Shown here piece after piece: positions 1 through 6,311 of a stretch of DNA of 32,000 bases. The stretch's first letter is position 1. Every line of letters begins with the position of its first letter. The stretch is from Allobaculum fili (GTDB lineage Bacteria; Bacillota_I; Bacilli_A; Erysipelotrichales; Erysipelotrichaceae), in assembly GCF_020969955.1 (NCBI RefSeq), contig NZ_JAHDSX010000025.1, positions 2,883 to 34,882 of the forward strand, written 5' to 3'. Below the pieces are notes generated by a model. It saw only the letters and a program-made list of their open reading frames with translations. It was not told the origin of the DNA and made no database searches. Both the position numbers and the translations under genes were made by a program.

Positions 1-455
1 AGGCCGACCGAAAACAAGCCGATCCTTCCGTTGAACGGTTGAAGTTCAAAGATCTAGACGAATCTGCCCATTATGCGGATTCGTCTTTTTCTTTGGAGCC
101 AGAAGAATCTGGATCGGTCGGGGCTTTGAAAGCTGCCCGGTGCTTCCTTCCTTTTTCTTCTCTTTTTTTTCTTCTCTTTTTCTGTTTTGAAATTTCCGGA
201 TCTTCTTTCAAATTTCTGTATCTGCGAAAAACTTCCGTACAATGAAAGAATCAGGAACGAAAGCGCGCTCACTCTGCCTGGCCGGATTGCCGGAAAGACG
301 CATGGCCTCTTATGGCAGAAAGCCGGCTTAAAACTCAATACAGAATTCGGCTTTGTCTGAAGTGTTTTTCGTTTTCTGGAATCGGAAGAAAAAGCTTTCG
401 TCCTGTTATGCGGCTGCCAATGCGGCGGACGGGGTACGAAAGCTGGAGGTTAACT

Positions 456-941
456 ATGGCACGAATGAGAATCGGGCAGGCCATCGACATTCATCCGCTC
501 GAAAGCGGGAGGCCGCTGGTGCTTGGCGGCGTAGAGATTGACTCGCCCAAAGGCCTGAAAGGCCACTCGGATGCGGATGTGCTTCTGCATGCGATTGCGG
601 AAAGCATTCTCGGGGCACTGGCCCTCGGCGATCTGGGCGCCAATTTCCCGGACACCGATCCCAAATACAAAGGCATCGCCTCGACGCTGCTTCTCGATGA
701 AGTCTATCGGAAAATGCGCGAGAAAAAATATCATATCGGCAACGTCGACGCGACAATCATGGCCGAAAAGCCGCATCTGGCCGGCTATAAGGCGCAGATG
801 ACGGAAAATGTCGCGTCCATTCTTCACTGCGACGTCGATCAGATTTCCATTAAGGCAACCCGCGGCGAAAAGCTTGGCTTTGTCGGCAGACAGGAAGGAA
901 TGACCGCTCTGGCTGTCTGCCTTCTGGAGGAAGACGAATGA
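456..941 (+). CDS. ispF: 2-C-methyl-D-erythritol 2,4-cyclodiphosphate synthase (IspF)
   Basis: The translation RIGQAIDIHPLE...LGGVEIDSPKGLKGHSDADVLLHAI...GDLGANFPDTDPKYKG...ATIMAEKPHL matches the IspF signature pattern. GGAGG at 445-449 lies 6 nt before the ATG at 456. The ORF-track start at 312 adds an implausible Cys/Arg-rich extension with no RBS. Confidence 0.9.
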   Translation: MARMRIGQAIDIHPLESGRPLVLGGVEIDSPKGLKGHSDADVLLHAIAESILGALALGDLGANFPDTDPKYKGIASTLLLDEVYRKMREKKYHIGNVDATIMAEKPHLAGYKAQMTENVASILHCDVDQISIKATRGEKLGFVGRQEGMTALAVCLLEEDE

Positions 942-1381
942 AAGTCGTCATTCAGCGCGTAAGTCACGCCTCCTGCACGGTGGACGGTGAAATTATCGGC
1001 CAGATTCAGGACGGACTGCTTCTTCTGGTGGGGTTTAACCGGGAAGACGATGCGTCGGTTTTGCCGAAGATGATTCGCAAAATTGTCAACATGCGCATCT
1101 TTGGCGATGAAGAAGGCAAGCTGAACCGCTCCGTCCTGGATATAAAAGGAGAAGTGCTTTCGATTTCGCAGTTTACCTTATACGCTTCCTGCAAAAAGGG
1201 AAATCGTCCAAGTTTTATCGAAGCAGCCCCTGCAGAGCAGGCGCGCATGTTATATGATCAGTTTAATGCACTGCTTGAACAGGAAGTCCCCGTACAGAAG
1301 GGCGTCTTTCAGGCAGATATGAAAATTGATCTGCTCAATGACGGGCCGATCACCATCGTACTCGACAGTAGAGAGGTATAG
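938..1381 (+). CDS. dtd: D-aminoacyl-tRNA deacylase (Dtd)
   Basis: MKVVIQRV...SQFTLYA...NDGPITIVLDS is the classic Dtd motif set in a 147-aa protein. The ATGA start/stop overlap with ispF indicates translational coupling. Confidence 0.9.
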   Translation: MKVVIQRVSHASCTVDGEIIGQIQDGLLLLVGFNREDDASVLPKMIRKIVNMRIFGDEEGKLNRSVLDIKGEVLSISQFTLYASCKKGNRPSFIEAAPAEQARMLYDQFNALLEQEVPVQKGVFQADMKIDLLNDGPITIVLDSREV

Positions 1382-1385
1382 AAAA

Positions 1386-2246
1386 ATGATTCTTTATGGA
1401 AATGAACTTGCTGCAAAACTGCAGGCAGGCATGAAAGAGGAAATCGATCAGATCAAGGAAAAAGGTCTGCGCCTTCCGTGCCTGTCCGTCATTCTGGTCG
1501 GCGACAATCCAGCCAGCCAGTCCTATGTCAAAAGCAAAGCCAATGCCTGCCACAAAATCGGCATTGAAAATCGCACCATTCATCTTCCTGCCGACATTTC
1601 TCAGGAAGAACTCGAAGCCGTTGTACAGAAAGAAAACGAAGATCCAAACGTTGACGGCATTCTGATCCAGCTGCCGCTGCCGGCTGGTTCCGGACTGAAC
1701 GAAGAAAAGGCACTGATGGCCATCAGCCCCGACAAGGATGTCGACGGACTTCATCCGCTGAACGCCGGCGCGCTCGCACTTGGCCGCGAAGGCTTCGCTC
1801 CATGCACCCCGCGCGGTGTCATGGAAATTCTGAAAGAAGCCGGCTATACTGATCTTTCCGGTATGCGTGCGGTAGTCATGGGCCGTTCCAATCTCGTCGG
1901 AAAACCGGTCGCGCAGCTTCTGCAGAACGCCAATGCCACCGTTACGGTCATCCATTCGAGAACGAAAGACGCGCCTTCGATCTGCCGCGAAGCCGACATT
2001 CTGATCGCCGCCATCGGCAAGCCGGAATTTGTAACTGCTGAATATGTCCAGGACGGCGCCATCGTAATCGATGTAGGAATCAACCGCGTAGACGGAAAAC
2101 TGAAAGGCGACGTAAAATTTGATGAAGTGGCTCCGAAAGCGTCCGTCATCACGCCCGTACCGAAAGGCGTCGGCCCGATGACCGTATGCATGCTTCTCGA
2201 CAACACCATCGAAGCCTGGAAAAAACACGAGGGAATTCATGACTGA
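1386..2246 (+). CDS. folD: bifunctional methylenetetrahydrofolate dehydrogenase/cyclohydrolase (FolD)
   Basis: Typical FolD motifs are present: LAAKLQ...ILVGDNPASQSYVKSK...DGILIQLPLP...KDVDGLHPLN...CTPRGVMEIL...VVMGRSNLVGKP...TPVPKGVGPMT. I chose the start at M21 of the ORF-track ORF, immediately after the dtd stop. Confidence 0.92.
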   Translation: MILYGNELAAKLQAGMKEEIDQIKEKGLRLPCLSVILVGDNPASQSYVKSKANACHKIGIENRTIHLPADISQEELEAVVQKENEDPNVDGILIQLPLPAGSGLNEEKALMAISPDKDVDGLHPLNAGALALGREGFAPCTPRGVMEILKEAGYTDLSGMRAVVMGRSNLVGKPVAQLLQNANATVTVIHSRTKDAPSICREADILIAAIGKPEFVTAEYVQDGAIVIDVGINRVDGKLKGDVKFDEVAPKASVITPVPKGVGPMTVCMLLDNTIEAWKKHEGIHD

Positions 2247-2451
2247 TATTCAATACGACCTTGGCGACATTGTGGAAATGAAAAAAGAGCACCCCTGCCA
2301 TCTTTCCAAAGAATGGAAAATCATTCGCATGGGCGCCGATATTCGAATCAAGTGCCAGGGCTGTCAGACCAGCGTTCTGATGCCGCGTTCCAAATTTGAG
2401 AAAAAGCTCAAGCGCGTCATCCGGAAAGCGGATCAGAACAAGGAGGAATAG
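2239..2451 (+). CDS. DUF951 family small protein (YyzM-like)
   Basis: The 70-aa protein has DIVEMKKEHPC...WKIIRMGADIRIKCQGCQ..., resembling Bacillus YyzM/DUF951, which also sits directly upstream of ychF. It overlaps the folD stop by 8 nt. Confidence 0.75.
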   Translation: MTDIQYDLGDIVEMKKEHPCHLSKEWKIIRMGADIRIKCQGCQTSVLMPRSKFEKKLKRVIRKADQNKEE

Positions 2452-2456
2452 AATCA

Positions 2457-3557
2457 ATGTCTTTAACTGCAGGAATTGTCGGACTGCCAAACGTAGGCAA
2501 GTCCACCCTGTTTAATGCCATCACCAACTCGCAGGCGGAGGCTGCCAACTATCCGTTTGCGACCATCTCGCCCAACGTCGGCGTCGTTGAAGTACCCGAT
2601 CGCCGCGTAGACCGCCTGACGGAACTGTTTCATCCGAAGAAAACGATTTATACGACCTTTGAATTTACCGATATTGCCGGTCTGGTCAAAGGCGCGTCCA
2701 AAGGCGAAGGACTGGGCAACCAGTTTCTGGCGAACATCCGGAACACGGATGCGATCTGCCATGTCGTTCGCTGCTTTGACGATCCGAACATCACGCATGT
2801 GGAAAACTCAGTCGACCCGGTTCGTGATGCCGAAATTATCAATCTCGAACTGATCCTCGCCGATCTGTCGACGGCAGAAAACCGCATTGCCAAAGTTGAA
2901 CGAAAGGCATCGAGCGGCGATAAGAGCGCCAAAGCGGAAATGAATCTGCTTTCCCGTCTTAAACCGCATCTGGAAGCCGGAAATCCGGCCCGCTCTCTGG
3001 AAATTACGGAAGACGAAGCGCCGATTCTGCACCAGTACGGTCTGCTGACTGTCAAACCGGTCATTTACGTAGCCAACATGGATGACGAAGGCATCGCCGA
3101 TCCGTCGGCCAATCCGTATTTCCAGGCACTGTCCAAAATGGCCGAAGCCGAAGGCGCGCGCATCGTTCCGATCTGCGCCCGTCTTGAAGAAGAACTTTCC
3201 AGTCTGGAACCGGAAGAAAAGGACGCGTTCCTCGAAGATCTCGGTCTTCCGCAGTCCGGTCTCGATCATCTGATTCAGACTGCGTACGCGACGCTCGATC
3301 TCTGCACGTTCCTGACTGCAGGCACCGACGAATGTCGTGCATGGACATTCAAGCGCGGCATGAAAGCGCCGGACTGCGCCGGCGTCATTCACACCGACTT
3401 CAAGCGCGGCTTTATCCGTGCCGAAGTGTACGCCTTTGATGACATCGATCGTCTCGAAAGCGAACAGGCGGTTAAGGAAGCCGGCAAGCTGCGCCTGGAA
3501 GGCAAGGACTATGTCGTTCAGGACGGCGACGTGATGCATTTCCGCTTCAACGTCTAA
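2457..3557 (+). CDS. ychF: redox-regulated ribosome-binding ATPase YchF
   Basis: The G1 motif GIVGLPNVGKSTLFNA, DIAGLVKGASKGEGLGNQFL, the TGS-type C-terminus (DFKRGFIRAEV...YVVQDGDVMHFRFNV) and the 366-aa length all fit YchF. Confidence 0.95.
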   Translation: MSLTAGIVGLPNVGKSTLFNAITNSQAEAANYPFATISPNVGVVEVPDRRVDRLTELFHPKKTIYTTFEFTDIAGLVKGASKGEGLGNQFLANIRNTDAICHVVRCFDDPNITHVENSVDPVRDAEIINLELILADLSTAENRIAKVERKASSGDKSAKAEMNLLSRLKPHLEAGNPARSLEITEDEAPILHQYGLLTVKPVIYVANMDDEGIADPSANPYFQALSKMAEAEGARIVPICARLEEELSSLEPEEKDAFLEDLGLPQSGLDHLIQTAYATLDLCTFLTAGTDECRAWTFKRGMKAPDCAGVIHTDFKRGFIRAEVYAFDDIDRLESEQAVKEAGKLRLEGKDYVVQDGDVMHFRFNV

Positions 3558-3596
3558 TCCGACAGGACGGTATTCCATTCCATCTGAAAACAATTT

Positions 3597-3628
3597 GACT
3601 CTCCGTCTCGATCGCGGAGAGTCTTTTT
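3597..3628 (+). terminator. intrinsic terminator after ychF
   Basis: A 9-bp stem, gactctccg (3597-3605) paired with cggagagtc (3615-3623), is followed by TTTTT (3624-3628). Confidence 0.8.
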
Positions 3629-3805
3629 GAATTCTTACACTGTGCCCAAATCAAACCGGAATCCTTTTCTTTTGGATGGCGTTCTGTATGATGGGTATAC
3701 GGTCCCAAAATGTATAGCCGCAAAAAGAATGCTTTTGCGAACTCCAATGGACCGAATTCGACGCAAATGACTTTGAAAGGCTCTGGCTTTGCGAAAGGAG
3801 AATTT

Positions 3806-4471
3806 ATGTTATCTGCCCTTCGAACATTCGATCTGCGCATGATTTCGATTTATCTGATTGCCGTTTTCCTTTCCATGACGCTTCATGAAATGGCGCATGG
3901 ACTGGTCTCCTACTGGCTGGGGGATTCGCTGGCAAAATCGCGCGGACGAATTTCTTTAAACCCGTTCCACCATATCGACTGGATGGGTCTGCTCTGCCTG
4001 CTGCTCTTTGGTTTTGGATGGGCCAAACCGGTACCGGTCGATCCATCCCGCTACAAGGATCCGAAAACCGGCATGATCTGGACCGCTTTTGCGGGTCCGA
4101 TGACCAACTTCCTGCTTTCCTTTGTCTGCGTGTTCCTTTTTGAAGTGCTGGTTTATTTCACCGGCGGCTTCGTGAACACTGCCATCGGATCGTATCTGAT
4201 CTCGCTTCTGTCCGCGACCGCGGTGATGTCCATGGGATTTGGCGTCTTCAACCTGATTCCGATCCCGCCGCTGGACGGATCCCGCATTTTCTGGGCATTT
4301 TTGCCGGACCGAGAATACTTCAAAGTCAATAATCCGCCTGCCTGGATGTCCCTGCTGTTTCTGGTTGTGATTTTCTCCGGCATTCTCGATGGACCGCTGG
4401 CCATGATGCGTTCCACCATGATCGGCTGGATGGAAAGCGGAGCGCTCTGGCTGCTTTCTCCGTTTATTTAA
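3806..4471 (+). CDS. site-2 protease family (M50-like) membrane metalloprotease
   Basis: HEMAHG (HExxH) lies in the first TM helix, NLIPIPPLDGSRI supplies the LDG motif, and there are several hydrophobic segments. AAAGGAG at 3794-3800 precedes the ATG at 3806. The ORF-track start at 3710 has no RBS. Confidence 0.8.
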   Translation: MLSALRTFDLRMISIYLIAVFLSMTLHEMAHGLVSYWLGDSLAKSRGRISLNPFHHIDWMGLLCLLLFGFGWAKPVPVDPSRYKDPKTGMIWTAFAGPMTNFLLSFVCVFLFEVLVYFTGGFVNTAIGSYLISLLSATAVMSMGFGVFNLIPIPPLDGSRIFWAFLPDREYFKVNNPPAWMSLLFLVVIFSGILDGPLAMMRSTMIGWMESGALWLLSPFI

Positions 4472-4590
4472 ACGGCCTGTTTACGCGCGGGGGACTGGAT
4501 CATCCAGTCCAAGGCGCCGCACAAACGAAAGAGATCGAACGGGATTGTCTGGAAATTCCGTTCTGAACCGCTCTGTTGTGAACCCTTTTT

Positions 4591-4631
4591 GAGTCTGTAC
4601 GTACTGCAATGGTACCTGCAGACTCTTTTTC
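4591..4631 (+). terminator. probable intrinsic terminator ~120 nt downstream of the S2P gene
   Basis: gagtctg (4591-4597) pairs with cagactc (4619-4625), with partial inner gtac/gtac pairing, followed by TTTTT. The stem is imperfect. Confidence 0.45.
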
Positions 4632-4848
4632 TTTTTCCAAAAAGGCGGGATCCATTATTCGTTTGCACGCTTCGAAAAGCCATCGCCTATAGAAAAACGA
4701 AAGGTACAATCCGGTATTGCAAGAATGAGCAGCGCTTGCATAAATTGATTGATTTTCAGAAGAATTGGACGATGCAGGGAAAGGCTACGGTACAAAAAAG
4801 ACAATGACAGTCAAAAGAAAACGTGAGTGTCAAACCAGACGCTCAATT

Positions 4849-4892
4849 TTCCGTACCTGTTGCGCTTTAATTCCGTACCTGTTGCGCTTTAA
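4849..4892. repeat. perfect 22-bp tandem direct duplication (ttccgtacctgttgcgctttaa x2)
   Basis: Read directly: 4849-4870 is identical to 4871-4892. It lies 34 nt upstream of the ATG at 4926. Confidence 0.95.
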
Positions 4893-4925
4893 AAGAAAAA
4901 AGTAAGAAAAGAAAGAAGGAAAATT

Positions 4926-5189
4926 ATGAAATACTGTGAGCACTGTCATGCTCCCATTTCCGATACGGCGCTGTTCTGCACCAGCTGCGGAACGCCTGTT
5001 TCCAAATCCTCTCCGGCCAGTCAGCCGGCAAAGTCGAATCCGGTCCAAAACGCATCGGCGCAGAGAGTTCAGCCTGGCAAAACTGTTCAGCCGGCAAAAA
5101 ATGCCGGATATCCTCAGAATGCCCGGGCGGTATCCAGTACGCCTTATGCGCAGAACGCGCAGCCCGTCCAGAATGCGCAGAACGGATAG
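4926..5189 (+). CDS. zinc-ribbon protein with a Q/N/A/P-rich low-complexity tail (probably the N-terminal fragment of an interrupted gene)
   Basis: MKYCEHCHAPISDTALFCTSCGTP has the CxxC...CxxC zinc-ribbon pattern. GAAGGA at 4914-4919 serves as RBS. The ORF ends at the TAG at 5187-5189 and is in frame with the next ORF. Confidence 0.6.
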   Translation: MKYCEHCHAPISDTALFCTSCGTPVSKSSPASQPAKSNPVQNASAQRVQPGKTVQPAKNAGYPQNARAVSSTPYAQNAQPVQNAQNG

Positions 5190-5252
5190 TTTTCGAATGC
5201 GGTAAAGACAAACGCCCAGACGCAGTCCGTTTCTTCCGCTGCCTCTTCCGCC

Positions 5253-5918
5253 ATGCAGACCGTGCAGGCGGTCGTCGGTTCGGTTCAGTCGTTTGTGGAT
5301 AATGCCTCGGCGGCTTACCGGCCGGTCGCTCAGCGCGCAGTGGAAAATGCGGAAGCGCCAAACCGGGACAAGACGTGTCATGGCGTAATTCTTTCGGACG
5401 GGGAAATCGTAATCCGGGACTACGTATGTGCCGATATCCGCTCCCCGCGCTGCATGGGATATCTTACCGTAACGAATAAGCGCGTCCTCTTTAACGGAGA
5501 AGGCAGCGGAAGCCGGATCGCTCAGCAGGCCTGGATTGACGGCGTCACCGGCGTTACCGCCTATTACGGGCGCGACATTCAGATTTCGATGGTCGTTGGC
5601 GGAGCACTTCTTCTTCTCTGTTCCCCCTTTGCAGCGATGGTCAATCCGCTCGTACTGTTTCTGTTTATGGGGCTGGGGATCTTACTGATCATTGTCGGCC
5701 TGATGCAAAAATGCTTCAAGCTGAGCATTCATTCCAGCAACTACACCGGCAACAGTATTTCGTTTGGGAGCGGGCCGACCAACATGCTCGGCAATGCGGC
5801 GCTGCTTTCGCTGACCGGCGGCCCGACTGTCGACACCAACAAGATGATGGATGAGCTCGGCGCTCTGATTCAGGATCTTCAGACGCAGGGCGATCTGGCC
5901 ATCAAAAAATGGAAATAG
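5253..5918 (+). CDS. PH-like (bPH/GRAM-type) domain protein with two TM helices (probably the C-terminal part of the interrupted zinc-ribbon gene)
   Basis: GYLTVTNKRVLFNG is typical of bacterial PH-like domains. Two hydrophobic helices follow (ISMVVGGALLLLCSPFAAMV and PLVLFLFMGLGILLIIVGLM). There is no RBS before the ATG at 5253, and the frame is the same as 4926-5189. Confidence 0.55.
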   Translation: MQTVQAVVGSVQSFVDNASAAYRPVAQRAVENAEAPNRDKTCHGVILSDGEIVIRDYVCADIRSPRCMGYLTVTNKRVLFNGEGSGSRIAQQAWIDGVTGVTAYYGRDIQISMVVGGALLLLCSPFAAMVNPLVLFLFMGLGILLIIVGLMQKCFKLSIHSSNYTGNSISFGSGPTNMLGNAALLSLTGGPTVDTNKMMDELGALIQDLQTQGDLAIKKWK

Positions 5919-5941
5919 CCGATCGAAATTCTGCGATCGCA

Positions 5942-5981
5942 ACAAAGACAGGCATCGGCTTTCGCTGCCTGTCTTTGTTTT
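5942..5981 (+). terminator. strong intrinsic terminator between the PH/TM gene and the 99-aa ORF
   Basis: A 12-bp perfect stem, acaaagacaggc (5942-5953) paired with gcctgtctttgt (5967-5978), runs into a T tract (ttgtttt). Confidence 0.8.
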
Positions 5982-5996
5982 GGAAAGGAAATCGAA

Positions 5997-6296
5997 ATGA
6001 TTGATATTAATGTAAATCGTCTCGCAAAACGCATTCAGGAAGAGTGTCCGTACCTCGATGCGCAGGCGGCAATGTATTACGCCAGAGACTTTCAGCGCAC
6101 CTTTGAAGACGGCTCGAAACCCGCACTGGAGCGATGGATGAATCATGAGCCGTTTGAGACGGATGAAAAATATACCGTTCCTGTGATTCAAAAAATTCAC
6201 AGAGCCGGAGGAATTGTGGAAGCATTCCGTCTTTACGATCTGTGGAAAAAAGATCCCGTCCTGGGCGAACGGCTCATCTGGCAGGGACCGCGCTAA
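5997..6296 (+). CDS. hypothetical 99-aa protein, first gene of the three-gene module
   Basis: This is the only sizeable ORF in the interval. AAAGGA at 5984-5989 serves as RBS. The composition looks like a real protein, and I recognise no family. Confidence 0.55.
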   Translation: MIDINVNRLAKRIQEECPYLDAQAAMYYARDFQRTFEDGSKPALERWMNHEPFETDEKYTVPVIQKIHRAGGIVEAFRLYDLWKKDPVLGERLIWQGPR

Positions 6297-6311
6297 AAGG
6301 AGCAGAAAGTC

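Noticed and set aside
243-315. A ZTP (pfl) or THF riboswitch upstream of the folD-containing operon.
   Set aside because: I could not find the conserved ZTP core strings (such as the GGGUCGUGACUGGCG-type 5' part and the CCGCCUGGGC 3' part) or any other consensus I know. Only a generic hairpin plus T-run is visible.
312-455. The ORF-track N-terminal extensions of ispF (312), folD (1326), the S2P protease (3710), the SMI1 gene (to 17865) and the lipoprotein gene (to 18826).
   Set aside because: In each case an internal ATG has a good Shine-Dalgarno sequence and begins the conserved or signal-peptide sequence. The extensions overlap upstream genes or terminators and look non-protein-like.
4589-4807. 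A 72-aa ORF in the S2P downstream spacer, and the overlapping 118-131-aa ORFs on both strands at 9759-10239.
   Set aside because: They run through terminator hairpins, lack an RBS, have Arg/Lys/Cys-rich improbable compositions and overlap each other in several frames.
5922-5933. The 12-mer ccgatcgaaatt is shared between 5922-5933 and 9945-9956, which could be att-like direct repeats flanking the three-gene module.
   Set aside because: A single 12-nt match is expected by chance many times in 32 kb. The second copy is part of a terminator stem-loop, and there is no integrase.
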